A DNA stretch of 64,000 nucleotides from Polyangiaceae bacterium (GTDB taxonomy: Bacteria > Myxococcota_A > Polyangia > Polyangiales > Polyangiaceae): the NCBI GenBank assembly GCA_013214025.1, contig JABSRN010000006.1:96715-160714 (forward strand), read 5' to 3'. Positions 18,625 to 28,836 of the stretch are shown in pieces. Numbering within the stretch: the first letter of the stretch is position 1; every line of letters starts with the position of its first letter. A program made the translations under genes and the position numbers. Under the pieces are notes generated by a model, which made no database searches, was not told the DNA's origin, and saw only the letters and a program-made list of their open reading frames with translations.

Positions 18625-19914
18625 ATGTCGATGAGGGCCATAACTACTCAGACGCTTGGGAACGATCGCGAGCCCAATCAACCAACGCCCAATCAGCCAA
18701 CACTTGCGTCGGCCTACCAACGCGTGCGCGCCGGAACCGAACACCTCAGCGCCCCGCTGAGTGCCGAGGATCAGACGGCCCAGAGCATGCAGGACGCCAG
18801 CCCCACCAAGTGGCACCGGGCACACACCACGTGGTTCTTCGAACAATTTGTCCTGGCGGTTCACGACCCCAGTTATGTACCGGACGCGCAGTCGTCGAAG
18901 CTGTTCAACAGCTACTACAATAGCGTCGGCACGCCCTTCCCGCGACACCAACGCGGGCTGTTGACGCGACCCAGTAGCGCTGAAGTCACGACGTACCGCC
19001 AGCGAGTGGACCGCGCGATGGTCTCGCTCCTGCGGGGAGACATCTCAACGTCGTTGGCTAGCATCGTTGTCTTAGGCTTCCACCACGAACAACAACACCA
19101 AGAGTTGTTGTTGACCGACGTCAAACACCTGTTGTCGCACCACCCAGATCAGCCAGCCTACATGAAGGTTGCAGCGCCTCCCGACGCCGACGAACGACCG
19201 CTCACCTACGCCCGCATACCCGGCGCCTGCTATCGGCTGGGCCATGCGGGCAAGGGCTTCGCCTTCGACAACGAAGGACCGCTTCACGACCGACTGATTG
19301 ACGAATTCGACATTGCTAGCCGACTGGTTTCCGAAGCGGAATACCAAGACTTTATCGATGACGGAGGCTACAGCCGACCCGAACTCTGGCTGAGCGCCGG
19401 TTGGGACGCCGTCCGGAAGCATGATTGGACAGCGCCTCTGTACTGGACGGCAAGCCGTGAGCAGTATCTATACACCATGAACGGTGCTCGGCCACTAGGC
19501 CGCCGCAGCCCCGTGACGCACGTCAGTTACTACGAGGCCGACGCCTATGCGCGTTGGTCGGATGCACGGCTGAGCACCGAATTTGAATGGGAGGTAGCAT
19601 GCCGCCACTTGAAGGAAACGCCTCCAATTGGGGGGGGGCCAGCGCTGCACCCGGAGACTCAGCAGACCGGAGCTGACTTTTTCGGCAGCTGTTGGCAATG
19701 GACTCAGTCCGACTACGCGCCCTACCCTCGCTTCCGCGCGTCGCCGGATGCCGTCGGCGAATACAACGGCAAATTCATGAGCGGGCAGTACGTATTACGC
19801 GGAAGCAGTGCGCTCACTCCGGACGGCCATGCCCGCCCGACCTACCGCAATTTTTTCCCGCCCACGGCACGCTGGCAATTTAGCGGCATTCGCCTAGCTA
19901 GAGACGTGCCTTGA
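18625..19914 (+). CDS. egtB: Ergothioneine biosynthesis sulfoxide synthase EgtB (DinB_2 + FGE-sulfatase domains)
   Basis: It has ..DASPTKWHRAHTTWFFEQFVL.., HHEQQHQELLLTDVKHLL, and a C-terminal FGE-like domain (..YYEADAYARW.., ..YVLRGSSALT..). I placed the start at ATG 18625. Confidence 0.85.
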   Translation: MSMRAITTQTLGNDREPNQPTPNQPTLASAYQRVRAGTEHLSAPLSAEDQTAQSMQDASPTKWHRAHTTWFFEQFVLAVHDPSYVPDAQSSKLFNSYYNSVGTPFPRHQRGLLTRPSSAEVTTYRQRVDRAMVSLLRGDISTSLASIVVLGFHHEQQHQELLLTDVKHLLSHHPDQPAYMKVAAPPDADERPLTYARIPGACYRLGHAGKGFAFDNEGPLHDRLIDEFDIASRLVSEAEYQDFIDDGGYSRPELWLSAGWDAVRKHDWTAPLYWTASREQYLYTMNGARPLGRRSPVTHVSYYEADAYARWSDARLSTEFEWEVACRHLKETPPIGGGPALHPETQQTGADFFGSCWQWTQSDYAPYPRFRASPDAVGEYNGKFMSGQYVLRGSSALTPDGHARPTYRNFFPPTARWQFSGIRLARDVP

Positions 19915-20903
19915 GCCTCAAATTTACGCCAACCGCTCCTTCCCAACTGAGCCCATCCGGCATTCTCGATCTGAGTCCCGAGGCGGGTGACTTGATCGCC
20001 GACGGCCTGGCGGGTCTGCAGCGATCGACCAAGACGCTCCCCAGCAAATACTTTTACGACAAGCGCGGGAGCGAGCTCTTCGAAACGATCACCACGCTGC
20101 CCGAATATTACGTCACTCGTACCGAACTCGACATCATGGCGGAGAGTGCGTCGGAGATGGGCGCACTGCTTGGCGAACACGGGCTGCTAATCGAGTTTGG
20201 TTCAGGATCCGGACAAAAGACACGTGAGCTACTCAGCGCCCTGCCAGAACCTGCCGGATGCATCCTGATCGACATCAGCAAGAGCGCATTGAGCGGCAGT
20301 ATCGAAAAACTCGAAGAAGCGTTTCCGTCGCTGCCCATCTTCGGTGTCTGCGCCGACTACACCCGTTCGCTCCAATTGCCAGAGGTCGGTACTAACGCGA
20401 AACGGCGCATCGCCTACTTCCCGGGCAGCACCCTAGGTAACTTCTCGAACCATGAGGCCCGAGTCTTTCTGCAGCGCACCGCAGCGCTCCTGGGGCCGGG
20501 CGGAGCACTACTGTTGGGTGTGGACCGGGTCAAAGCAGTAGGCCTCTTGGAAAGGGCCTACGACGACGCACGGGGGGTCACCGCAGCCTTCAATTTCAAC
20601 TTGCTGACTCAACTCAACGCCAACGGCGCCAACTTCGTTCTCGATCGCTTTCGGCATTCCGCGGTGTTCAACGCCGCTGAGTCGCGCGTCGAAATGCACT
20701 TGGTGAGTCAGGTCGAGCAGACGGTGGAACTGGGTAGCGCCACCATCCGATTCGACGCGGGCGAGTCGATCCGAACAGAGATGTCCCACAAGTACACACT
20801 AGAGGCTATCCGTGAACTCGCCGGCTCAGCGGACATGACCCTCGAACACCACTGGTCCGACAAGCAAGATTGGTTCTCCGTGTGTTATCTGAGTTGCCGC
20901 TGA
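19911..20903 (+). CDS. egtD: L-histidine N-alpha-methyltransferase EgtD
   Basis: It has ..LPSKYFYDKRGSELFETITTLPEYYVTRTELDIM.., IEFGSGSGQKT. The TTG start overlaps the egtB TGA (TTGA, 19911..19914). Confidence 0.85.
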   Translation: MSLKFTPTAPSQLSPSGILDLSPEAGDLIADGLAGLQRSTKTLPSKYFYDKRGSELFETITTLPEYYVTRTELDIMAESASEMGALLGEHGLLIEFGSGSGQKTRELLSALPEPAGCILIDISKSALSGSIEKLEEAFPSLPIFGVCADYTRSLQLPEVGTNAKRRIAYFPGSTLGNFSNHEARVFLQRTAALLGPGGALLLGVDRVKAVGLLERAYDDARGVTAAFNFNLLTQLNANGANFVLDRFRHSAVFNAAESRVEMHLVSQVEQTVELGSATIRFDAGESIRTEMSHKYTLEAIRELAGSADMTLEHHWSDKQDWFSVCYLSCR

Positions 20904-20936
20904 GCGGCGCGCCCCCGACTCGGTACTGATACAGCA

Positions 20937-20952
20937 CCGCGCCGGAAGGCGC
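20937..20952. terminator. Short GC hairpin between the convergent genes egtD and the acyl-CoA synthetase
   Basis: CGCGCC-GGAA-GGCGCG forms a 6-bp stem with a 4-nt loop. There is no U-tract on either strand. Confidence 0.25.
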
Positions 20953-20971
20953 GAGTACAAGGCTCAATAAT

Positions 20972-22756
20972 TCAGGGACTGAGCTGACCCGACTTCAGTT
21001 GCTTAAATAACTCGGCGTCAATGCGCACGTACTTATCTTTCTTCAAAAAGTACAGAGCGTCACTAACCTTGGCGGGGTCGTAGCCTTCCTCTTGATAGAG
21101 CTTCTTTTGATGCTTGAAGGTCGCTGTAATCGCCATCCCATCTTGCAGGCGCAAGAAGTATGGTCGCTGATACGCAGCTAGGTTCTTCACGACATAGGTG
21201 GCGAAGACATCAACATCGAAGCCGTCGCCGGTACAAATGCTGGCCATGCCCGCTCGGCCCTCAGCGCCCTCTACCTTCACGCCATAGACGTTGGTTTCCT
21301 CTACGCCATCAAAACCGTTCACGAGCTCAGCAACTTCGCCGGTCGACACATTTTCGCCTTTCCATCGAAACGTATCCCCCACGCGGTCCGCGAATGAGAG
21401 CCACTTATCCTCGTGCAAGTGAAGCAGGTCGCCCGTGTTGAAATACTTGTCGTCCTTAACGAATACGTCCGACATGACCTTCTTGTTGCTCGCCTTCTTA
21501 TCGAGGTAACCCTCGTAGGTGACGACCTTAGTGATAACCGACAGCAACAGCCCCTTCTCGCCCACCGATATAGTTTCGCAGAAGCCGGCAGAGTTTCGAA
21601 CCAGATCACCGCTGACGGGATCGCACTTGGCGAGCATCTGCCCTTTGCCTTGACGGCCGAGCATGCCGGGCTTGCCCTCAAAGTTCGCGATGAGGGCGTT
21701 CCCTTCGGTGGCGCCGTACATTTCGCAAATTTTCTCGATTTTGAATCGCTCCTGGAACGGTCCCCACACGTCCGGGCGCAAGCCGTTTCCGTAGGCCATT
21801 CGAACCTTGTGCCCTTTTTCTTCGGGACGTTCCGGTTGATTGACGAGATAGCGACACAGCTCCCCCACGTAGGGGACGAGAGTCACGCCGTGCTCCTGCA
21901 CGTCGGGCCAAAATTTAGATGCCGAAAACTTACGACGAAGGATCAATTTCGCACCTGTCACGAGCACGTTGCCCCAGGAACCTGTCAAGCCACTCACATG
22001 GTACAAGGGCAATGTCAGATACAAGACGTCGTCAGAGGTCGCCCGGGTCACCGCGCCACCAATTAGATACCCGGCCGCAACCCACCGCATGTTGGTCACA
22101 ATCGCCGCCTTCGGCAGACCTGTCGTGCCTGAGGTGTAAATGTAGACGGCGGCTTCCTTGATTACAGGATCCGTCATGCCCTCGGGGAGCGCGGTAGCTT
22201 GCTCGTTCACAGCGTCATCCATGGCCGGATACTTTTCGGTGTTCTCACCGGCCTGATCGGTCTGAGCCTGATCCGTCTGAGAGACCACCTTGGCGACGCC
22301 TTTCAGCGACTCTTCAATATCTGCGATACTGTCACTGTGTTCGCTACCGACGATGATGAGTTTCGGCTTCGCGAGAGTGATCGCATGAGTCAGACCTGCC
22401 CCCGATATGCTCGAATTGATAGCGGCGGCGATTGCCCGCAATCGGTTCAGCGCGGTCACAATGAACAGATAGTCCGCGCGATTGTCCATCAGCAGAGTGA
22501 CGACGTCGCCCTTGCCAATGCCTTCGGACTGAAACCAGCGAGCGTATTGATTCACCTTGGCGTTGATTTCAGCCCAGGTAAAATCCGTCCCCTCAAAGTG
22601 CAAACCGACGGAGTTGGGTGCGGTACTCGCGCGTTCTTCGAGAAGCTTCGCTGCGTTCCACGGAGCGGTCGGCATGAGCCGGCGAAAGTTCTTGTAGACC
22701 TGCCACATCGCGCTGGTCTGAATCCACGATGACTTAGCGCTTGAACGAAACCCCAT
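20972..22756 (-). CDS. Long-chain acyl-CoA synthetase / fatty-acid transport protein-like AMP-binding enzyme
   Basis: It has the AMP-binding motif YIYTSGTTGLPKAAIV, plus ..YGATEG.., ..FNTGDLL.., ..DRVGDTFRWKGENVST.. The exact start is uncertain. Confidence 0.8.
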   Translation of the reverse strand: MGFRSSAKSSWIQTSAMWQVYKNFRRLMPTAPWNAAKLLEERASTAPNSVGLHFEGTDFTWAEINAKVNQYARWFQSEGIGKGDVVTLLMDNRADYLFIVTALNRLRAIAAAINSSISGAGLTHAITLAKPKLIIVGSEHSDSIADIEESLKGVAKVVSQTDQAQTDQAGENTEKYPAMDDAVNEQATALPEGMTDPVIKEAAVYIYTSGTTGLPKAAIVTNMRWVAAGYLIGGAVTRATSDDVLYLTLPLYHVSGLTGSWGNVLVTGAKLILRRKFSASKFWPDVQEHGVTLVPYVGELCRYLVNQPERPEEKGHKVRMAYGNGLRPDVWGPFQERFKIEKICEMYGATEGNALIANFEGKPGMLGRQGKGQMLAKCDPVSGDLVRNSAGFCETISVGEKGLLLSVITKVVTYEGYLDKKASNKKVMSDVFVKDDKYFNTGDLLHLHEDKWLSFADRVGDTFRWKGENVSTGEVAELVNGFDGVEETNVYGVKVEGAEGRAGMASICTGDGFDVDVFATYVVKNLAAYQRPYFLRLQDGMAITATFKHQKKLYQEEGYDPAKVSDALYFLKKDKYVRIDAELFKQLKSGQLSP

Positions 22757-22970
22757 AACTCTTCCCTCGACTCCTGCCCGGGCGCTCCCGGAGACTTAAC
22801 AGATGGGCAATACCAGACTGTAGAGGACCGGGATTGCTCCAATTTCAGGAGATTTTCAATCTTTGAGCGCATGCCGACGCCGTTTGCGCTCAAACAGACA
22901 CAAATCGACTACCCCAACCCCGAAAACCCCCGATTTTCGAGCCTGAGGGTTTTGGGAAAAGACCACGCCC

Positions 22971-25319
22971 TCAATCCGCTAGGATTCGTTGATCGAGTCC
23001 GCGTACAGATCCGGAGCATGAGCCGGACGCCGTTCTCTCTACGGCCTCTAGCAACATCTGCGGGGAGATCGGTTTCTGGAGCACCCGATTCTGGATGCCC
23101 TTGAGGAATCGCAGCACTCGTTCGGTAAAAACCCCGCCCGTACAGAATACAATTCGATCAATCAATGTCTCATGGCTGGCGCGCAATCGCTCATAGACCA
23201 TGACGCCATCCCGGGACGGCATCATCAGATCACATAGAATGACATCAAACTCGCAGTCGAGGTCCAAGCGCTCCAACGCTCTATCTCCACCGAGCGCGGT
23301 CACCACTTCATGTCGCCGTCCCAGCATGCGCTCGTAACTTCTCAACACCAGCGGCTCATCATCGATCACGAGGATCCTCAAGCGTTCCGAACTGCTCGGC
23401 TCCGCCTCCGCGACCTGGCTGGGGAGCGCGAAACCATTATCCACCGGCAGCACTAGAGTAAACTGGCTACCGGTGCCCAGTTCCGTGCTGACGTCGATCC
23501 GACCAGCATGAGCTCTTGCAATGTCAAAGCAAAGAGACAGGCCGAGCCCTGTGCCTTTGCCCGCGCCCTTGGTAGTAAAGAAAGGCTCGAATAAGTTTCC
23601 CATGTGTTCTGGCTCAATGCCCGAGCCGGTGTCTTTCACCCTGACCAACAAACACCCATCCACATACCGGGTGCTGACGGTGACCACATTCTCATCGGCC
23701 GCGCCCTCTTCAATTGCTTGGGCGGCGTTGAGCAACAGATTCGTTATTACTCGACCGAGTTTCTCCCGATGAGCAACCAGAGGAGGCATGGGATCCAACT
23801 CCAAGATGACCCGCGCCCGATGCCGGAGTTCGTTGTCAGCCATCCGAACCGAAAACTTCACTACCGCGTTTAAATCTACATCGGATGCATCGTCGGACCC
23901 CGCGCGAACGAAGGGGAGCAACGCCTGAATGACGGACTCAATTCGGTCGACGCCCAGCTTGATGTCCTGGAACATGCCATCCACCACCGCGGGCGCCCCG
24001 TCAGCCCAGTACTGCGCAACAGCGCTTAGATTGGATTGAATGAACTGCAGGGGATTGTTTACTTCATGGGCCACGCCGGCGGCGAGCTGCCCTAGGGCGG
24101 CCAGTCGCGCCGTTGTTTCAAAATGACGCTGGGCCTGCTTCAGTTGTTCGTTGGTTCGGAGTACTTCCACCTCTCGCTCGACCTCCTCCGTCACATCGCG
24201 CAAAATAGCACAATCGAGTCGGCGATCACCCGCAAGGAAACTGGACATTCTAACGGTCACCCAGAACTCATTACCGTTCCGGTGCAACATCTTCAAACGC
24301 GGTTGAAGGGCGTGACCTGTCGTGCTCAATTCCTCTGATATCGCGGACACCACGATCTCTTCGTCCTGTGGACTCAACGCACGAGCGGTCAGCCTCAGGA
24401 ACTCGTCCCGGGAGTATCCGAACAATTCGCAGGCAGCCTTATTCACGTCGACGAAACGCCCACTTTCGAAATCGTTGACCGTGATCGCATCCCCCGCGGT
24501 ATCCACCAAGGTTCGGAAGTGTGACTCGGATGCAACCAAGCCGGACAATACGACGCGGATCGCCCGGGACATGTCGGAATCAAATTCGCCCAAACTGGGG
24601 GCGTCGCTCATCCGGGGCACCGGACGTTTCACCGCCACGATTTTGCGGAGCTCCCCGCCAGCGTCCATGAGTGGCGAAATCGTCGCTACTTCATAAAACG
24701 TCGAGCCGTCCTTACGCCCACCATTCAACGCGCCGCTCCAAGTCCGGCCGCGACTCACCGTTTTCCAGATGGCATCGTAAAAGGCCTGTTCGTGGCTGCC
24801 GCTTCTTAACAACTGCGCCGGCGTCTTACCCAGCACTTCTGTCTCGGAGTACAGCGTAACCCGCAGAAACTCCGGGTTCACGTATTCGATGCGACCGGTG
24901 GCATCTGTAATTTCCACGGTGTCGGACGAATGAAAAACCACCAGCCTCCGAGCAGCGTCCATCACTCGTTCCTCATAGGCAACCGCGGCAGCCGTAATGG
25001 TCGCCGTGGCGACCGCCGACGATACGTCAGACTCCAGAAAATAGTCGGCTCCGCGTCGAACGCTGTCTATGGCAGACTCAGCCGGTCCGACAACAATCAC
25101 CGACGGCCGAGGCGTCAACGGCTTCCGTTCCGCGGCAAACTCCGCCGTCCAAAATTCGTCTTGTACGACGAGTACTGAAAACGCCAACCCTTGGGTCGCT
25201 TCGATCAATTCGGTGGGCTGCTCAAAGTGAACGAGCTCGAAGCGGTGGGGCGCCGAGTCGGCGTCCTGATTGACCCATGGTGGCCCTGGACCCAGCAGCA
25301 ACCCTACCCTCGCCGACAC
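22971..25319 (-). CDS. Hybrid sensor histidine kinase (pseudo-receiver, 2 PAS, HisKA, HATPase, C-terminal receiver)
   Basis: It has the H-box GVAHEVNNPLQF, the HATPase G-boxes DTGSGI / GKGTGLGLS, and the receiver RILVIDDEPLVLRSYERML...ILCDLMMP. Confidence 0.85.
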   Translation of the reverse strand: MSARVGLLLGPGPPWVNQDADSAPHRFELVHFEQPTELIEATQGLAFSVLVVQDEFWTAEFAAERKPLTPRPSVIVVGPAESAIDSVRRGADYFLESDVSSAVATATITAAAVAYEERVMDAARRLVVFHSSDTVEITDATGRIEYVNPEFLRVTLYSETEVLGKTPAQLLRSGSHEQAFYDAIWKTVSRGRTWSGALNGGRKDGSTFYEVATISPLMDAGGELRKIVAVKRPVPRMSDAPSLGEFDSDMSRAIRVVLSGLVASESHFRTLVDTAGDAITVNDFESGRFVDVNKAACELFGYSRDEFLRLTARALSPQDEEIVVSAISEELSTTGHALQPRLKMLHRNGNEFWVTVRMSSFLAGDRRLDCAILRDVTEEVEREVEVLRTNEQLKQAQRHFETTARLAALGQLAAGVAHEVNNPLQFIQSNLSAVAQYWADGAPAVVDGMFQDIKLGVDRIESVIQALLPFVRAGSDDASDVDLNAVVKFSVRMADNELRHRARVILELDPMPPLVAHREKLGRVITNLLLNAAQAIEEGAADENVVTVSTRYVDGCLLVRVKDTGSGIEPEHMGNLFEPFFTTKGAGKGTGLGLSLCFDIARAHAGRIDVSTELGTGSQFTLVLPVDNGFALPSQVAEAEPSSSERLRILVIDDEPLVLRSYERMLGRRHEVVTALGGDRALERLDLDCEFDVILCDLMMPSRDGVMVYERLRASHETLIDRIVFCTGGVFTERVLRFLKGIQNRVLQKPISPQMLLEAVERTASGSCSGSVRGLDQRILAD

Positions 25320-25402
25320 GACGTAAGTATACGCGGGATATCGACCACCAGCCGAAACTTTCTCAGTACTAACCTGAAGTCAAAAATCCCCCAGGGCTTG
25401 TC

Positions 25403-25921
25403 ATGTGGCGCACGCCGTGTTTCATGCGCGGCATGGGCCTCGATCTTCAAGCACAAGTTGGCGACGACGTCGAGGTACAGGCCTTTCTCGATGAGGTCAT
25501 CGCACTCAATCTGAAACGCCAGTCGGACTCCCTAACGGGCTCCGAATTTAGTGCTGCCGCCCGTAAAATTGGCGCCCAACTGCCTCCGCTGCGCGCCAGC
25601 CGCGACTCGCAAGTATTCGGGCTGCGTTTCGTGATCTTCGTTATGGAGCGGCTTAAGACGGCGGATCTTGGGGAGCTCCTGAGTGGCACGAACGAATTGA
25701 TGACCCTGTGTGCTGTCGTCGGCCATGACGACTTCGATTTGATGGTCACCCCGCTGCAACTCGCCATCCCAGACCTCGTTCGGATGAGACAGGAGCCCTT
25801 TATCGGCCTGGCCGCCTCCTTCGTGACCCAGCTGGAACAACACGCGAGGCGAGTGTCGGACGAGGATCTGCAAGCGTGGACCGAGCACTATTTGGCTCAG
25901 CAACCCGGGGAAATGCCGTAG
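25403..25921 (+). CDS. Hypothetical protein
   Basis: This is a 172-aa ORF with balanced composition. I recognised no motif. Confidence 0.4.
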   Translation: MWRTPCFMRGMGLDLQAQVGDDVEVQAFLDEVIALNLKRQSDSLTGSEFSAAARKIGAQLPPLRASRDSQVFGLRFVIFVMERLKTADLGELLSGTNELMTLCAVVGHDDFDLMVTPLQLAIPDLVRMRQEPFIGLAASFVTQLEQHARRVSDEDLQAWTEHYLAQQPGEMP

Positions 25922-25984
25922 CTTCGTGAATCCCGCATCTCGCGGCCTCCGTGTAGACTGGTATCGACGAGAAAACCGCGTTAG

Positions 25985-26734
25985 GTGACGCCCTCGATGC
26001 CCGACGTCTCCGCGGTCCTGATCGCCTCCGCCGCGGGGCTAGGAGCCTTCCACACGCTGGTGGGTGTGGATCATTTTCTGCCGTTCGTCTTGATTGCGAA
26101 GGCACGCGACTGGAGCGTCCGCAAAACCCTCGGTGTTACGGCTGCTTGTGGCATCGCGCACGTTCTCTCGTCCGTGCTGCTGGGAACTGTCGGCATCGCC
26201 CTCGGGATGGCGGCCGATCGGATGGCCCTCTGGGAGGGCTATCGAGGAGACCTGGCCGGGTGGCTGTTGATCGCCTTCGGCACTGTGTACGCCGTATGGG
26301 GATTTCGCCACGGACGCGATAAAGCACACCGCCATGCTCACGTGCATCAGGACGGCACCGTGCATAGCCACGCACACGATCACCGCCATCCCGGCGGCGA
26401 ACGAATCGTGCACGCTGTGCACAATCATTCCGCGGCCAAACCATCCCACCTACCGACAACGGGCGCCCTGTTCGTCATTTTCGCGTTAGGCCCCTGCGAA
26501 GCGCTCATCCCGCTGCTCATCGGCCCCGCATTTGAGCGACAATACGCCACTATCGCGCTTGTGATGCTCGCGTTCGGAGTGGCCACACTCGGCATCATGC
26601 TGACGATGGTTGCGCTCGGTATTCGGGCAGCCCACGCGTTGCCCAAACTGCAGGGTCTCGAACGCTACGCTCACGGCCTAGCTGGCATCGGCATTGCGTT
26701 CAGCGGTCTTTCCGTCCGCTGGCTCGGCATTTAG
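25985..26734 (+). CDS. Polytopic membrane protein with a His-rich loop, putative Ni/Co-type metal transporter
   Basis: It has about 6 TM segments. GAFHTLVGVDHFLPF resembles the HupE/UreJ-type HxxxGxDH motif. The central loop is HRHAHVHQDGTVHSHAHDHRH. Confidence 0.45.
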   Translation: MTPSMPDVSAVLIASAAGLGAFHTLVGVDHFLPFVLIAKARDWSVRKTLGVTAACGIAHVLSSVLLGTVGIALGMAADRMALWEGYRGDLAGWLLIAFGTVYAVWGFRHGRDKAHRHAHVHQDGTVHSHAHDHRHPGGERIVHAVHNHSAAKPSHLPTTGALFVIFALGPCEALIPLLIGPAFERQYATIALVMLAFGVATLGIMLTMVALGIRAAHALPKLQGLERYAHGLAGIGIAFSGLSVRWLGI

Positions 26735-26747
26735 CTTCGATACTTTC

Positions 26748-27527
26748 CTAATAAGGAAACTCGTCCACGTAGTTTCCCACGGGAAAATAGTTGCACACCC
26801 ACACCTTGGTTACGTCGCCGCTACCGCTGGGACACGAGGCGTAGCCACACCCCACTTCACTCGAACCCCGCCAGACAATCTGAGTGTAGTGCCCGCACCC
26901 GCTCGCGAAGATCGCCTGGGTACAAGCCAAGTCGCAGTCGTTGGAACCAATTCTACCATAGGTGTAGCAATCAGCCTCCGCAGCCCAACCGTCCACGACA
27001 CCGAAGACATCCAAAGCCTCCGGGTCGTCGACAGCGCCATTCCAAAAGAAAATATTCTCCCCATAGGAATGATTTCCAGAATGGGGATCGGTTTGAGGCG
27101 GGAATGTGCACACGTCCGACCGAGTGACCAGCATATCGGCCCAAGCCTGAGCTACCGCCGCCATTTCGGGACTCCACACTAATGGTGGCAACGGGGCGGC
27201 CTGGCCCACATCCAGCTCGCGCCGCACACGATTGTGAGCCGCCGTGATCCCCCCAAGAGAATTCCCCTCCGGATATCCAGCCGGCTCCACTGAAGCGCTC
27301 GCTCCTCCATCACCGCTACCGGCGCTCGCTGCGCCGCCTGAACCCACTCCCCCCGTAGACATGCCAGCACCGCCTGAGTTGTTCCCCCCATCAATATTCG
27401 AGACCGATCCTCCGGATGATTGGCTCCTTCGCGGCGTGTCTCTCAATGGCGATGTCTCGGGATCCGGTGTGCAAGCAATGACCACAAGAATTGACACTCC
27501 ACAACGGTACCCAAGACGCGGCTGCAT
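26748..27527 (-). CDS. CAP/SCP/PR-1 domain lipoprotein
   Basis: I chose the internal start MQPRLGYRCGVSILVVIAC (lipobox). It has a Gly/Ser linker and a CAP core: ..AAHNRVR.., ..GENIF.., ..GHYTQIVWRGSSEVGCG.., ..VCNYFPVGN. Confidence 0.75.
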   Translation of the reverse strand: MQPRLGYRCGVSILVVIACTPDPETSPLRDTPRRSQSSGGSVSNIDGGNNSGGAGMSTGGVGSGGAASAGSGDGGASASVEPAGYPEGNSLGGITAAHNRVRRELDVGQAAPLPPLVWSPEMAAVAQAWADMLVTRSDVCTFPPQTDPHSGNHSYGENIFFWNGAVDDPEALDVFGVVDGWAAEADCYTYGRIGSNDCDLACTQAIFASGCGHYTQIVWRGSSEVGCGYASCPSGSGDVTKVWVCNYFPVGNYVDEFPY

Positions 27528-27755
27528 GTCAGCATGATGCCGGAGATCAGCGGAGCTCACCAGCCGCGCCCGGCTGCGCACAGCAACGACGCGACGACCA
27601 CTCCTTGTAGGCAACAAAGCCCAAGACTCCCCATTAAACCCTCGGTGCATGTGAGCGAAAATAAAGTTACTTTACCCGTTCCACAGAGACCTAGACAGTC
27701 AGAATAGACTGAACCGTTGCGTAGTTGGAATTACTGGGGATAACCTGGGGCACGG

Positions 27756-28280
27756 ATGTCTCGCTCAGCACACACTGCAGTTCGCGAAGTGGAAGCGGAT
27801 GTGTGTCTTTATCAAGGCACATGGATAGTCGAACGCGGGAGCCAACATCGTCGCTACCGGGTGAAACTCCGAGGCGACTGGCACGATCTCTCGCGCTTAC
27901 CGGCCTACGTACAAACGGCTAGAGACCCAGACGATAGGCAGAACGGCTCCCCTCACTTTCTCGAGAGCCCGCCTGGCTGCCAATATTGTATTCGCTACCA
28001 ACTAAGTCTCCCGGTTGGGACGGAGGTGGAACGAATCATCACCGCTCCCCGGGACGTCCGCCCGACGATGAGTTCCAAACCGCTGCTGGCCTGGCTCAAG
28101 TACGAGCGGCCCCCCCGCCACACCGTCTCCACGCTATTTCGGGTAAGCCGCAATGGTTCGCTACTGCCGGAGGCGCGATGGCATAGGCGAAAGCCGAAAG
28201 CCCATGTCGCGCCCCGCGTCACCGCTGAAAACTTTGAACTTGCCGGGCACATCGACGCTTACCTAAAGAGCGGCGACTAG
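27756..28280 (+). CDS. Hypothetical protein
   Basis: This is a 174-aa ORF. I recognised no motif. Confidence 0.35.
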   Translation: MSRSAHTAVREVEADVCLYQGTWIVERGSQHRRYRVKLRGDWHDLSRLPAYVQTARDPDDRQNGSPHFLESPPGCQYCIRYQLSLPVGTEVERIITAPRDVRPTMSSKPLLAWLKYERPPRHTVSTLFRVSRNGSLLPEARWHRRKPKAHVAPRVTAENFELAGHIDAYLKSGD

Positions 28281-28418
28281 GCGGCACGGCACCGCGCCTC
28301 GCCGTGGAAGTTTCCCTCGACCATTTGCCGAATGCCGCTGCGACCGGCGACGACTGGAGCCACGAAGTCCGCCTCGCAGAACGCAACTGGTGAAATGCTA
28401 TACTGCGGCGCTGTTCAG

Positions 28419-28715
28419 ATGACCAAAAAGAACCTACTCAAGCTCGTGCTGCTACTACTCCTGGGACTGACCGCCAACAATCGATGGGGAAACCACGGAT
28501 TTCTAGTAGACCAAGCAACGGCCAAGATTTGTCCCGCAGGCATCTGCGATTTCGAAGTCGTGCAAGAGAGTCGAAACATATTCGTCCACGACTTCACCTT
28601 CGACGCCGGCGAGCCTCGTCTGACTGAAGTTCGCTGTGCTCGCAGCTTGTGTCTAATTGGGTCCTACGGGTGTTACCGCCTTGACGTTGATGGCCATTGG
28701 AGAGACGGCCGCTAG
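28419..28715 (+). CDS. Small secreted or membrane-anchored hypothetical protein
   Basis: The internal ATG gives MTKKNLLKLVLLLLLGLTANN, a signal or anchor sequence, followed by a Cys-containing domain. Confidence 0.4.
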   Translation: MTKKNLLKLVLLLLLGLTANNRWGNHGFLVDQATAKICPAGICDFEVVQESRNIFVHDFTFDAGEPRLTEVRCARSLCLIGSYGCYRLDVDGHWRDGR

Positions 28716-28836
28716 CCACGCCCCAGCGTAATTCATACCCCGATGGCGCCTCTTGTGTCGTATCGGCGCAAGCCGCCAATTTCTTGACGAGTTCGCTCAC
28801 GGACTAAAGCGTCTAGCCGCTTAGTGTTGTGAGGGC

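Noticed and set aside
18625-19914. The EgtB homolog next to a selenoprotein might be a selenoneine synthase (SenA-type).
   Set aside because: No SelD-like (senC) or glycosyltransferase-like (senB) gene is adjacent. The partner is a normal egtD. I cannot distinguish SenA from EgtB by eye, so the conservative call is egtB.
28716-28836. A sigma-28-like promoter (TAAAGCGT ... GCCGCTTA) upstream of the flagellin relic.
   Set aside because: The two half-sites are only 3 nt apart instead of about 11, so this is not a functional FliA promoter layout.
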